The position numbers and the translations under genes were made by a program. Of a stretch of DNA of 38,425 bases, positions 25,199 to 34,566 are shown piece after piece. The notes below the pieces were generated by a model, which worked only from the letters and a program-made list of their open reading frames with translations, was not told the DNA's origin and did no database searches. Each line of letters begins with the position of its first letter. Position 1 is the first letter of the stretch. Origin of the DNA: a virus (Duplodnaviria; Caudoviricetes); the IMG/VR virus record IMGVR_UViG_3300032335_001346, positions 1-38,425 of that record; one strand, written 5' to 3'.

Positions 25199-26864
25199 TT
25201 TTATTAGCTTTATTTAAATTTAAAAGTGTATTAGATTGCATGTTAGTATCCAATATTTCTTGTTGTTGAGCTATTTGTTGTTGTTTAGCATTTCTATCTT
25301 TTTTAACTACATTAGGATCTTTTATTGCCTTTGGTTCGATTTGTAAGATATCGCCTTTAAATCTTACCACTTGATCAAAATCAATATTATCTAAAATATT
25401 TGGATTAGCTTGAGCTAAATTTAAAATAGACATCAAAAAAACATCCATGCTATTATTTTTAGCTAATCTTTGAGCTTGATTAACTGGATTAATAAATTCA
25501 ATTTTAATTTTTGGAAATATAGTTTGATTAGTAATTGGATCAACTTTTAGAAAACTTTTTATTGCATTTGGAATTTCAGTAAATGGAGCATCTGGCAATA
25601 ATGTAAAATTACCATCATCAGCATAAGACATATTAAACAAAATATCAAAAACCCTGTCTAATATAGACTCTAAATATTGCTGTAAAGATGAAGTTATTGA
25701 TCCCATAATTCGATAACTTTCAGCTCTTAATTCTAAAATTTGAGTTGCCGTAGCTCTTGGATCATCTAAAACAGAAAGCTTATCTAAAAAGAATATTTTT
25801 CTAATTGCCTCTTGTTTTTGTAGTATTAATTCAACAGTAGGATTAACATTTTTAATATCAAAAAGTGGCTCTACCGCTCTTCCATTACCAACGGGGTTTT
25901 TAGCATAGTTTAAAGCTCTCGGTTGTTGATCTAACCTTTTTTCAAATTGACTATTAACAACTAAAGGTGGATTAAGAGTTTTTTGAACTGACTCAAAATA
26001 ATCTCGCCACATTACATTTAAACTTCTAGCATCTGGTAAAGCATAGACGGCTTGTCCTGTTCCATAAACTTCATTAGTTCCTTTTGATCCTCTACCAATA
26101 GCAATTGGAAAAGTATTAAAGCCAGTTTCTTCAATAATTATTTGGTTTTTAACATCAAACCAAATTCCTTTGAAAGGCATGTTCAAATTATCAACCTTAG
26201 TTTTATCCCTTTGGGTTCTTGGCATGATATAAAATCTTATATCACAAATAGAATCTGGTTTTTCAACCGCCTCTTTTTTTATATCTGCATGAATTTTACC
26301 TTCAGGAAATTTATCTACAATTTGTTTAGCGCTATATTTAAATAAAAGAATACAAGTATCAACCATCCCTTCATCATTTTCACCAATTAAAATGTTTTTA
26401 ATATGAATTGGTAAAAAACTAATTAAAGATTTTTTGCCTTTTTCAATTTTCATAGCAATTGTGCCAAATGTAGCAAAATCTTTTAAATTTTCATGATGAG
26501 CATTTTCAAAATTAGATTTACCATTATAAATTATATTCCACATTTTATCAGTGGTCATCTTTAAATATTCCAAAACTTCATCATTATCTTTAAGATCTTC
26601 ATCTTCTATTTTTAACTCAAACCAATTTGTTGATTTATTGGTAAGAGTTCCATTAAGAATTGAAGCAAAATTTTCTAAAGCAACTGCCATTGTTGAATCA
26701 TTAACAATAAAAAAATCTTTTTTATCGCCAATACTTTTTTCGCTTGAAATATCAGTTTTAATCGGTCTAAAATATTTAGCTGTGTCTTGCCAAATAGTCT
26801 CAAAATTCTTTTTAACAATATTGAGATTATCAAATGTTTTATTTAACTCTTTTATTTGATCCAT
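25191..26864 (-). CDS. Portal / head-tail connector protein
   Basis: W......Y.RP, WF.L, SNF, FGT, E.YG.G....LPD...LN, PP, TAT(Q/E) motifs. Confidence 0.93.
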   Translation of the reverse strand: MDQIKELNKTFDNLNIVKKNFETIWQDTAKYFRPIKTDISSEKSIGDKKDFFIVNDSTMAVALENFASILNGTLTNKSTNWFELKIEDEDLKDNDEVLEYLKMTTDKMWNIIYNGKSNFENAHHENLKDFATFGTIAMKIEKGKKSLISFLPIHIKNILIGENDEGMVDTCILLFKYSAKQIVDKFPEGKIHADIKKEAVEKPDSICDIRFYIMPRTQRDKTKVDNLNMPFKGIWFDVKNQIIIEETGFNTFPIAIGRGSKGTNEVYGTGQAVYALPDARSLNVMWRDYFESVQKTLNPPLVVNSQFEKRLDQQPRALNYAKNPVGNGRAVEPLFDIKNVNPTVELILQKQEAIRKIFFLDKLSVLDDPRATATQILELRAESYRIMGSITSSLQQYLESILDRVFDILFNMSYADDGNFTLLPDAPFTEIPNAIKSFLKVDPITNQTIFPKIKIEFINPVNQAQRLAKNNSMDVFLMSILNLAQANPNILDNIDFDQVVRFKGDILQIEPKAIKDPNVVKKDRNAKQQQIAQQQEILDTNMQSNTLLNLNKANKNG

Positions 26865-26865
26865 T

Positions 26866-27231
26866 TTATCCTAATAATTTTCTTCTAATTAAATCAGTTG
26901 CAATTGATGATCCAGCGAAAGTAGTTCGTTTTTTTAATGCTTCTTCTTGTGCTTTTAAATCTTCTTCGCTAATTAATCTTAGTCTTTGTTCTTCAGCTAT
27001 TTTAGCTTGTAGATCAGGATTTTGTGATCCTTGCATTTTTAAATTTTGTTCTTGTGTAGCTTGTCTTTGTTCTCTTGAAAACCCGCTACTTGCTGCAAAC
27101 ATTCCGGGGATTGATCCAAATGATCCAGCTGCAATTGCTGCAGTTCTTCCCAATGCTTCGCTTCCTGTTAAATTAGCAACGGACATTCCTATTTTACCTG
27201 TTGCTCTTTTAAATGCTTTACCTATTCCCAT
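26866..27231 (-). CDS. Small virion-associated protein
   Basis: MG... start and K.LLG end, typical of the gene preceding podovirus portals. Confidence 0.65.
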   Translation of the reverse strand: MGIGKAFKRATGKIGMSVANLTGSEALGRTAAIAAGSFGSIPGMFAASSGFSREQRQATQEQNLKMQGSQNPDLQAKIAEEQRLRLISEEDLKAQEEALKKRTTFAGSSIATDLIRRKLLG

Positions 27232-27235
27232 ATTG

Positions 27236-28561
27236 TTAATAATAAAGAGGGCTACTTATAGCAGTATCCCATTGTTGTTTTGCTTGACTTATATCTTTAC
27301 GATATGAGACTGCTAAATATCTAAATGCATCAGCTCCGTGTGAAGCCCAGTCATGTTTTGGTTGTAGTTTAAAAGTATTATTTTTATTGTCAAATTCTTT
27401 TTTGTAGTTTTTGAGCGTCAACAAACCCCTTCTTGTTGTAGTTTCATTAAAAAAGCACTTAGGAAGTATTGATCTAACTGCATCAATACCATCTTCAATT
27501 GAAAGCTTAGGAGCAATTGAGAATCTTAAACCCAATTCCATTGCCGTTTCTAGCCTACTCTTACCGTTGCTAAATTCCCTAATCTGTATATCATGCGGGG
27601 CAAAATGTTGCTCGTAAATATAAGGCTTGTCTTTTACTTCTTTGATGTATGAAGCTAAGCCCCTGTTGTTGTCTTCAATGTAGTCGATAATTCTTATCTC
27701 ATTACCTATAAATTGAGCGAACCAGATTGTTGTTGCATCACCAACCCCAAGATCCCAGAAAGTATAGACTGGGAGTTGTTGCTCCCAAGGATAATTGCCA
27801 ATCCTTCCTTGCTTGTCTAAATCATCAATAATCTTAGAATAATAAGCCCCCTCAATCGGGTTGTTAAAGCTACAAAGAAATTCTTGATTAAAGAAATCAA
27901 GTGTTTTTCCTTCGCTTAATATTTCCGCTTTCACTTGTTCGAGTTGCTCTTGAGTGAAAACTCCCGTTTCCTCCGCTGTTTTAATCTCACTGTGCCAAAC
28001 TTCTGGCATCTTTTGAGCCATTTTGAATAGCTCATAAGCGTGATTTTGACCCTTTGGCGTAAAATTAAACATCGCCCAGCCGTTATTCTCAAGTAGCATT
28101 GGCTGAATCGTTGCCCATGCTCTCGGGTCTTGTTCTGCATATTCGCTGAACACTGCCCCCTTGATGCCTGCACCCCTTAAGCTGTCGGGGTTATCAGAGC
28201 CCACTATTTGATAGATTGAGCCGTTTTTTAGTGTAATTTTTAATTCTTTTTCGTTTTTCTTTGCAATTAAAGATTTTGGGATATAGTCAATGTATTTTCT
28301 CCCTTCGCTGTTAGTCTCTTGCCAGACTGATTTAGCCCCTTGTGCGTAGCTTGGGAATATATGCCAGTAAGTGCCGACTGCTTCGAACATAGCACTAAAT
28401 AAAATGCGATTCAAAGCAAGTAGATCTTTGCCAGCTCGTCTATGCCACACATAAATTGCCCGCTTTTTTTTATGCTCGATCATAGCAAGCCAAAGCCCTA
28501 GTTGATATACTCGGGGCTCGTAGTCGTGCGGGATTTGTATTTCTAATTTATTATTGTTCAA
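27236..28561 (-). CDS. terL: Terminase large subunit
   Basis: WHRRAGKD Walker A, LRG...GAVFSE Walker B, TPKG.N, QEF.CSF, WDLG..D, SHGADAFRY. Confidence 0.96.
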   Translation of the reverse strand: MNNNKLEIQIPHDYEPRVYQLGLWLAMIEHKKKRAIYVWHRRAGKDLLALNRILFSAMFEAVGTYWHIFPSYAQGAKSVWQETNSEGRKYIDYIPKSLIAKKNEKELKITLKNGSIYQIVGSDNPDSLRGAGIKGAVFSEYAEQDPRAWATIQPMLLENNGWAMFNFTPKGQNHAYELFKMAQKMPEVWHSEIKTAEETGVFTQEQLEQVKAEILSEGKTLDFFNQEFLCSFNNPIEGAYYSKIIDDLDKQGRIGNYPWEQQLPVYTFWDLGVGDATTIWFAQFIGNEIRIIDYIEDNNRGLASYIKEVKDKPYIYEQHFAPHDIQIREFSNGKSRLETAMELGLRFSIAPKLSIEDGIDAVRSILPKCFFNETTTRRGLLTLKNYKKEFDNKNNTFKLQPKHDWASHGADAFRYLAVSYRKDISQAKQQWDTAISSPLYY

Positions 28562-29030
28562 TCAAATTATTGTTGTTGTTTTGATTTTGATTATCAATAT
28601 TTTTTGAGAAATTTGCAGGAATTACTACAATTTGTTGACTTGTCGCAGTGTCTTGTTGCTCTTTATAGTTCAAATCAAATTCTTTGCGATTTTTGACTTT
28701 AGCTAAATATGTTGAAAATTGAGATAGTTCACACTTCTTGCGAACACTTGCGTTTGTGTCATCTGCTTCTATTGATTCAAGATATTGTTTAGCTTCGTCA
28801 ATCATCTTATAAGATGCTATTTGTAAAGCGACCTCTTTTTTTTCTTTTATTTCATCTTGATTAAGAAAGAAACAAAGATAAGCGACATTAACATTAAATT
28901 CTTTAGCGAGAGTTGCGTAGCTCACATTTTCGCTTATTTTTTTTAAAATATAATCGAGATTTTTATCGAGCAGATTAAAAGCATCAGTTTTTGAAAGCCC
29001 CTTTTTTTTATTTTCTTGAATTTCCTGCAT
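28551..29030 (-). CDS. terS: Terminase small subunit (probable)
   Basis: N-terminal HTH-like segment and helical core; overlaps the terL start. Confidence 0.7.
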   Translation of the reverse strand: MQEIQENKKKGLSKTDAFNLLDKNLDYILKKISENVSYATLAKEFNVNVAYLCFFLNQDEIKEKKEVALQIASYKMIDEAKQYLESIEADDTNASVRKKCELSQFSTYLAKVKNRKEFDLNYKEQQDTATSQQIVVIPANFSKNIDNQNQNNNNNLIEQ

Positions 29031-29095
29031 TTTTTTTAAAAGTTTTTACACGCGCGATATTTACGCGCGCGGGATATAGCGCAACACACATTTCA

Positions 29096-29123
29096 ACTTT
29101 AATCTCAAGTCTTTATTTGTCAA
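29096..29123 (-). promoter_or_regulatory. Candidate sigma70 promoter for the packaging/virion operon
   Basis: Minus-strand TTGACA (29123-29118), 16 nt, TAAAGT (29101-29096), about 65 nt upstream of terS. Confidence 0.45.
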
Positions 29124-29140
29124 CAATTATCTTGTTTATC

Positions 29141-29344
29141 TTAATATTTCAACTCTTTGTAAAAATATCTTTTTGAATTCAAATAATTATCTTTACTCAA
29201 CTCACTCAAATTAATTCTTTTTTTCTTATCTCTTTCTTTATTGATAGTTCTTATCAAAATTGGTTTTGAAATTTGTTTCAACTTTTTTTTTAGTTCAAAT
29301 TCCTTTTTTAAATTTGCGATTATTTCTTTTGAATTAATTTCCAT
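29141..29344 (-). CDS. Small basic hypothetical protein
   Basis: ORF track; A-rich start context. Confidence 0.5.
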   Translation of the reverse strand: MEINSKEIIANLKKEFELKKKLKQISKPILIRTINKERDKKKRINLSELSKDNYLNSKRYFYKELKY

Positions 29345-29875
29345 TTTTTTATTTTTTTTTAATTTTTTATTTTAAAGAAAAAGTAAGACAAAAAGAAAAA
29401 AATACTAACAGAGATGAAGCAAGAATTTTTTTGTTAACTTTTTGTATTTAATTTGTTTTTGATTTTTTATTTTTTTTAGCGTATCACATCTTTTTTCAAA
29501 TGCAAGCTTTTTTTTTAACTTACAGTCTCTAAGCTAAAAAAACTCTTGACATATTTTTAGCTTACTCCTGCTTGATTGCATTTTTTTTTAATTATTTTAC
29601 TTAATTTAATCTTTTTATGTGTTTTTGTTTTATTTTGCTACAACTTAAAATATTTTTTAATTTATTTACATTTTTTTCTTGACAACATTTTTATTATTAA
29701 AACTTATTAACTTATGTTAACATTTAATAGTTTTTAATAATTAATTTATTCTAATTTTTTGTTTAAATTTTATTAAAAATATTTTTATTTATTTTTATCT
29801 TTTTCTATTTTGATACAGTGCGAGACCTTGATTTTATTGACTTGATACATTTTTTAAATTATTTTAAATTAGTTG

Positions 29876-29904
29876 TTGACTATTATTTTATTGTAGTTTA
29901 AACT
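29876..29904 (+). promoter_or_regulatory. Candidate early sigma70 promoter
   Basis: TTGACT (29876-29881), 17 nt, TAAACT (29899-29904), upstream of the + strand small-ORF cluster. Confidence 0.6.
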
Positions 29905-29973
29905 TAGTTTTATTGATTAACTAATTTTGTTAATTAATTAATAAATATTAATAATAATTAAATTTAAAAATAT

Positions 29974-30111
29974 ATGAAAATTTTAGCAATCATCTCAATA
30001 TTCACTGCGATAGCATTTTATCAAGAATCAAAGCAAGTCAAACTAACTCAAGAAGTTGTTGACTACTTTTATTGCAAACATCAAGCGAATTTACTCGAAA
30101 CTTGTAATTAA
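29974..30111 (+). CDS. Small exported or membrane peptide (45 aa)
   Basis: MKILAIISIFTAIAFYQESKQ...; AAAAATATATG leader. Confidence 0.55.
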   Translation: MKILAIISIFTAIAFYQESKQVKLTQEVVDYFYCKHQANLLETCN

Positions 30112-30135
30112 TATTAACAATTAAATTAAAAATAT

Positions 30136-30429
30136 ATGAACGATCAAAAAAAACTAGAAGTAATATTTACTTCTGAATCTAAATTGGAGCAAATAGAATT
30201 TCAAAAACAATTTGCAATTAAGAATAATATGCAAGAGTTAAAAATAGAGCTCGTTATCAAAAGTTGCGAAGGCTCGGTTAGAACTTTTCATAATAATTTA
30301 GTTAAAAAATTAAAACAGCTAAAAATCACAAAATATGTTATAATAAATCAAGAATCACGACGCTTAGAAAATGTTGCATCTAATTCAAACTTCTGGCTCG
30401 TAGAATATGAGCTTGCGGTAAATTATTAA
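30136..30429 (+). CDS. Early hypothetical protein
   Basis: ORF track; conserved leader. Confidence 0.65.
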   Translation: MNDQKKLEVIFTSESKLEQIEFQKQFAIKNNMQELKIELVIKSCEGSVRTFHNNLVKKLKQLKITKYVIINQESRRLENVASNSNFWLVEYELAVNY

Positions 30430-30479
30430 AAAATAACTTCATCACGAAAAACCCATTTTATTAATTAAATTAAAAATAT

Positions 30480-30674
30480 ATGGAATTAAAAATTAACGTA
30501 AAAAAAGAATTAGAAAATTGTTTTAATTTAAACAAAGAGATTTTATTTGATTTATCATTTAATACAAGTTACTTATTCTATGAAGAGCCCCAAAATTTTC
30601 AAGACTATCTTGATTTAATTGATGGCTTGAAAGAATCAACTTTGTCAAGAATTATTAAAAACTTTAACAATTAA
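30480..30674 (+). CDS. Early hypothetical protein
   Basis: ORF track; conserved leader with CATCAC box. Confidence 0.6.
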   Translation: MELKINVKKELENCFNLNKEILFDLSFNTSYLFYEEPQNFQDYLDLIDGLKESTLSRIIKNFNN

Positions 30675-30686
30675 AATAAAAAATAT

Positions 30687-31013
30687 ATGAAAAAAGAAAA
30701 TGAACAAAAAACATTAATTAAAGATTTAAAAAAAATAATTAAAAAAAATAGCGAAATTATTGTTATAATTCATAGTGTAAGCAGATCAGGAACACAACGC
30801 AAAATGTCAGCTTTTGTTATTTATAAAAAACAACTTATAAATCTAAATTGTTATATTGAGAAGTTGGAAATTGCTAAATGCGACAAAAACCAAAAATTAA
30901 TAATAAAAGGGTGCGGAATGGATATGGCTTTTCATTTATGCTATAAAATTAAATGTAAACTTTTTGGTTATAAAAAAGCTATCAATAATCAGCAATACAA
31001 AGCAATCTATTAA
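30687..31013 (+). CDS. Conserved uncharacterised phage early protein
   Basis: VSRSG..R and GCGMDMAFHL.Y motifs, which I recognise from other phage early regions. Confidence 0.75.
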   Translation: MKKENEQKTLIKDLKKIIKKNSEIIVIIHSVSRSGTQRKMSAFVIYKKQLINLNCYIEKLEIAKCDKNQKLIIKGCGMDMAFHLCYKIKCKLFGYKKAINNQQYKAIY

Positions 31014-31054
31014 ATAAATTAAAATTAAAAAATAATATCAATTAAAACAAAAAT

Positions 31055-31297
31055 ATGGCACAATTCAAAATAAAATGGTCTTTTATTAACTCAAAGCAAG
31101 CAATAAAAGCAATTGATTTATTGGGGGCAAAAAGTCTTGATAGAATCACATATTACAAAAACAACAAAAAAATTGATGATATAAATTATTTTTTTGTTGA
31201 TTCTTTTACTGCTGATAAAAGAGCTAAAAAAGATATTAGAAAATTTTTTAAAGAAAATTCTACAATGAATGATTTTATAGAATTTATTAAAAATTAA
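31055..31297 (+). CDS. Early hypothetical protein
   Basis: ORF track; leader motif. Confidence 0.6.
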   Translation: MAQFKIKWSFINSKQAIKAIDLLGAKSLDRITYYKNNKKIDDINYFFVDSFTADKRAKKDIRKFFKENSTMNDFIEFIKN

Positions 31298-31316
31298 CAA
31301 TACAAATAAAAAATAT

Positions 31317-31643
31317 ATGAACGAAAAAAAGATTTTAAAAGAGTTTAAAGAGTTAAATTCATTAGATTTCAGGTTAATTAAATATTACAAATCTTCTTAT
31401 TTTTATAATGCCAAGTACTCAGTCTATTTTGATTATGATTTCGCAAAAAAAATTGTTTTAGATCTTAATAATTTTTTAATAAAAAAATTTGGTAAACAAC
31501 TAGTGATTTTTAACACAGAAATGGATATAGAAAGCTTAAAAACTCAAACTTTAAAAAATTATGTTGAGTCAAGAATTGATCAATATCTTTATTATTCAAA
31601 CGAGCCAGCTTCTTCTTGTCTTCTAGATTGTTGCAGATTTTGA
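31317..31643 (+). CDS. Early hypothetical protein
   Basis: ORF track; leader motif. Confidence 0.6.
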   Translation: MNEKKILKEFKELNSLDFRLIKYYKSSYFYNAKYSVYFDYDFAKKIVLDLNNFLIKKFGKQLVIFNTEMDIESLKTQTLKNYVESRIDQYLYYSNEPASSCLLDCCRF

Positions 31644-31711
31644 TATGATTGATTAAATCCAGATGCTCCTGTTCCAATATCTTTATATCAATTAACAAAA
31701 AATAAAAAAAT

Positions 31712-31960
31712 ATGAAAAATTTAACTGCTTCACAAGAATTAGGAAAAAAAGTCTTTTATGGCAAGCTAACTCAAATTGATTTATTAATCGAAACAAAAAT
31801 TTTAGTAGATGCTGGTTTAGACTATTACAAAAATTGTGATAATGAATATTTAGACTGTGAGCAGTCAAATAAAGGCTGGTTTGAAATTTGCACTCAAAAC
31901 GGGCTTTTAGAATATGTTAATAAGTTAAAATTAGAATATGTTAATAAGTTAAAAAAATAA
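31712..31960 (+). CDS. Early hypothetical protein
   Basis: ORF track; C-terminal LEYVNKLK duplicated. Confidence 0.6.
   Translation: MKNLTASQELGKKVFYGKLTQIDLLIETKILVDAGLDYYKNCDNEYLDCEQSNKGWFEICTQNGLLEYVNKLKLEYVNKLKK
31907..31954 (+). repeat. Perfect 24-bp tandem duplication
   Basis: TTAGAATATGTTAATAAGTTAAAA x2. Confidence 0.95.
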
Positions 31961-31982
31961 TATCAATTAAATTAAAAAATAT

Positions 31983-32285
31983 ATGAAAAAATTAAATAAA
32001 AATTACGCTGATGAATTACAAAAACTTGGAATTACTACAATAACAAGAGATCAATATCATGAAATGCTTTGTTGTTTACCGCCTCAACTGACAAATTATA
32101 AAAAAAATAAAGGTTTTAATGCTTTTTTATTTGGCGAGCCCTACACACATGCATTTTGCAAGTTTAATGGCATGATAGTTCCTTTTTTTGAATGTTTCGC
32201 AAAAACTAGCGACGGCAATTATTTAAAAGCGGGATTGTTAAGTGAAGCAGGTTTTACAAAATTCTTTATTAACAAAGATTTTTAA
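31983..32285 (+). CDS. DUF1419-like early protein
   Basis: I...QY.EML.CLPP...AF..GEP motif. Confidence 0.6.
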   Translation: MKKLNKNYADELQKLGITTITRDQYHEMLCCLPPQLTNYKKNKGFNAFLFGEPYTHAFCKFNGMIVPFFECFAKTSDGNYLKAGLLSEAGFTKFFINKDF

Positions 32286-32455
32286 TTATTAACAACAACA
32301 TCACAAAACCCATTTTTTAACAATTATCAAAAACATGGAAATTAAAACAATAACATTTATTTACAAAAAAACATTGATTTATCTTTTAATTACAACAATC
32401 AACATTATAAACTTTTTGCAAAAAAAGTAAAATATTAACAAAAAATAAAAAAATT

Positions 32456-32893
32456 ATGAAAAAATACAAAAAAGAATTTTTAATAAAAGAAATCAAAGCA
32501 GAAAATAACAAGCTCTATTTTATTGCTGAAGATGACCGAAGCAGATTAATTAAAGTCTTTTATGATAAAAAAGATCATCACAAGATTAGAGCAATTAGCG
32601 ATGAATTTATCATTCACAAAATAATTAAAATGAAAGCTCTTGAAATTGAAGAAATTGAGCAACTCGCAACTGAAAATAGAATGCGCGAGTTCAATCTAAT
32701 TTCAATTAGCGATGTTGCTAAAAGTGATATTGTATTATTTAAAGAAAAATTGCTTGAACTAAATCCATTTTTTGATCGTTGCGATTGTCATGCAGAATAT
32801 ATCAAAAACTCAAAACTACTACAGCAACTTGAAGCTGAAGCAAGAAACAGCGAGATCAAAACAAATTTATTAAAAAGACATTTATGCATTTAA
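32456..32893 (+). CDS. Hypothetical protein
   Basis: ORF track. Confidence 0.65.
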   Translation: MKKYKKEFLIKEIKAENNKLYFIAEDDRSRLIKVFYDKKDHHKIRAISDEFIIHKIIKMKALEIEEIEQLATENRMREFNLISISDVAKSDIVLFKEKLLELNPFFDRCDCHAEYIKNSKLLQQLEAEARNSEIKTNLLKRHLCI

Positions 32894-33090
32894 AAATAAA
32901 AAAACCGATTTTAAATGCTATAATTTTATGCTTTAGCTTAGTTATAGCGATAATATTTAACTTATTGCCATTTTTTTGGCTATTTGCTTACATTTTCATC
33001 ATAAATCAAATATCTAAAGAATTTAACAGCAACAAGCTTATTAGAAGATTCATTAACACAAAATTTAAAAAAATATGGAACAAAAATTAA
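32884..33090 (+). CDS. Small membrane protein
   Basis: Long hydrophobic segment; overlaps neighbours. Confidence 0.5.
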   Translation: MHLKIKKPILNAIILCFSLVIAIIFNLLPFFWLFAYIFIINQISKEFNSNKLIRRFINTKFKKIWNKN

Positions 33091-33350
33091 TTGAATTTCT
33101 TAAAAGTGAAATTGATAAATACACAGGCGAAGATATTTATAAATATCAACTTGTAATTTTTTTTAAACAATTTGAAACACAACTAGAAAATAGATTTGAA
33201 ATGTATTTTTTATTTAAACTTGTTGAAGATCAAGTTTTAAATAATCTTTTTTCAAATACAGTTATAAATCAAAAAAAATTTGTAAATCAATTTTTGGATC
33301 AAATTTTATCAACTCACAATTTTATTATAAACAATCATGAAACAAATTAG
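33075..33350 (+). CDS. Hypothetical protein
   Basis: ORF track. Confidence 0.6.
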   Translation: MEQKLIEFLKSEIDKYTGEDIYKYQLVIFFKQFETQLENRFEMYFLFKLVEDQVLNNLFSNTVINQKKFVNQFLDQILSTHNFIINNHETN

Positions 33351-33513
33351 TAAAGAACAATTAGAAAAACTATATCGCAACAACCCTAATAAAAAATGTT
33401 GTAAAATTCTTGGTGTAGCTGAAACTACACTTTTAACACTGCTAGCAGAAGCTGGCATTGAAAAAAAAGGGAAAGGTAATTGTAAACGTAAAAAAATAAA
33501 AATTATATGTTAA
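33337..33513 (+). CDS. Small helix-turn-helix DNA-binding protein (58 aa, not in ORF track)
   Basis: MKQISKEQLEKLYRNNPNKKCCKILGVAETTLLTLLAEAGIEKKGKGNCKRKKIKIIC; LGV..TTL...L...GI HTH pattern; fills the gap between neighbours. Confidence 0.7.
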   Translation: MKQISKEQLEKLYRNNPNKKCCKILGVAETTLLTLLAEAGIEKKGKGNCKRKKIKIIC

Positions 33514-33737
33514 AAAAATTTATAAATACTAACGACAATAAAAGACTTAGAAAAATTATCTACATTGCTCAAGCTCTATCATTGAGCCCAGCAATATATT
33601 TTATTTACTTGTGTTTTATTGGCACAGCGACTAAAGAACAATTGAATTTCTGGGCTTTATGTTCAATCATTACCGGAGCTTTATTTTTAGGCTTTATAAT
33701 GTTAATAATAAAAATTTTATCGGGGATTTATGAGTAA
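33507..33737 (+). CDS. Two-TM membrane protein
   Basis: Two hydrophobic helices. Confidence 0.6.
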   Translation: MLKKFINTNDNKRLRKIIYIAQALSLSPAIYFIYLCFIGTATKEQLNFWALCSIITGALFLGFIMLIIKILSGIYE

Positions 33738-33975
33738 AGAACAAGAATATCAACAAAAACTTGAAATAATCAAAGATTTTTTAGGTATTGACTATTTATA
33801 TATCACAGTTTTGGAATTTAAAATAGAAATAGAAAAAATAGATAAAGAAATTGAAATTAATGACAACGAAATTATTTATTTAAAATCAGAAATCGAAGAT
33901 TTAGAATATGAAATCATCGATTTAGAAAATGAAAATAAAAAATTAAAAGAACAAATAAAAAATAAAAATATATGA
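33730..33975 (+). CDS. Acidic coiled-coil protein
   Basis: Heptad pattern; coupled ORF. Confidence 0.6.
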   Translation: MSKEQEYQQKLEIIKDFLGIDYLYITVLEFKIEIEKIDKEIEINDNEIIYLKSEIEDLEYEIIDLENENKKLKEQIKNKNI

Positions 33976-34298
33976 AATTACAAATTAATGACAAAATTTA
34001 TGAATATGCTGATAATTCTCATCATATAAACAGAGTTCATAAAATCATCAGGACAACTAAAACTTTAGCAATCGCAGATACTAAAGAAAAATTTAAAATA
34101 GATATAGAAAATGGTAAGTGCGAAAAAATAGGAAAAAAAAATATTTGGCAAGATATATTTCATTATAAAGTTGAAACTTTAGAGTTAAAAGAGAAGTTTC
34201 AAAAACAAAGAATAATTTTAAAATTAGAAGAATTTGATTTTAAAAAATTAAGTTTAGAGACTCTACAAAAAATTGATTTTATTTTAACCAAAAATTAA
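33972..34298 (+). CDS. Hypothetical phage protein (small beta-barrel plus helix)
   Basis: L..ND.IY...I.RTTKTLA...LSLE.L.KI pattern. Confidence 0.65.
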   Translation: MKLQINDKIYEYADNSHHINRVHKIIRTTKTLAIADTKEKFKIDIENGKCEKIGKKNIWQDIFHYKVETLELKEKFQKQRIILKLEEFDFKKLSLETLQKIDFILTKN

Positions 34299-34304
34299 AA
34301 ACAT

Positions 34305-34556
34305 ATGAAACCTTACAATCCACCTGCTTTTATCGATAAATTTATTGATAAATGCATAATCACACCCGAAAATTTTGAACTTGTAATGAATCATTATCAT
34401 TTATCAGTTCAGCCAGATCTTACAAGGGTTCAAGAAAATGAACTTAAACAAATTGAGAATAAAATTAAGTTTTTAGAAAAATTAAAAATACGAGTTCATC
34501 TTGGCAACTTAGATGTGAATAATATTGGTTGCATAATGATAACAAACAACAAATAA
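34305..34556 (+). CDS. Hypothetical protein
   Basis: ORF track. Confidence 0.6.
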   Translation: MKPYNPPAFIDKFIDKCIITPENFELVMNHYHLSVQPDLTRVQENELKQIENKIKFLEKLKIRVHLGNLDVNNIGCIMITNNK

Positions 34557-34566
34557 TTAAAAATAT

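Noticed and set aside
27931-28173. Alternative-frame ORF within terL, and antisense ORFs in the methylase, lysis, tail fibre, ejection, portal and initiator genes
   Set aside because: They overlap well-supported genes, lack the genome's start context and have shadow-frame composition.
29679-29710. TTGACA at 29679 as a promoter
   Set aside because: No good -10 hexamer at 16-18 nt spacing.
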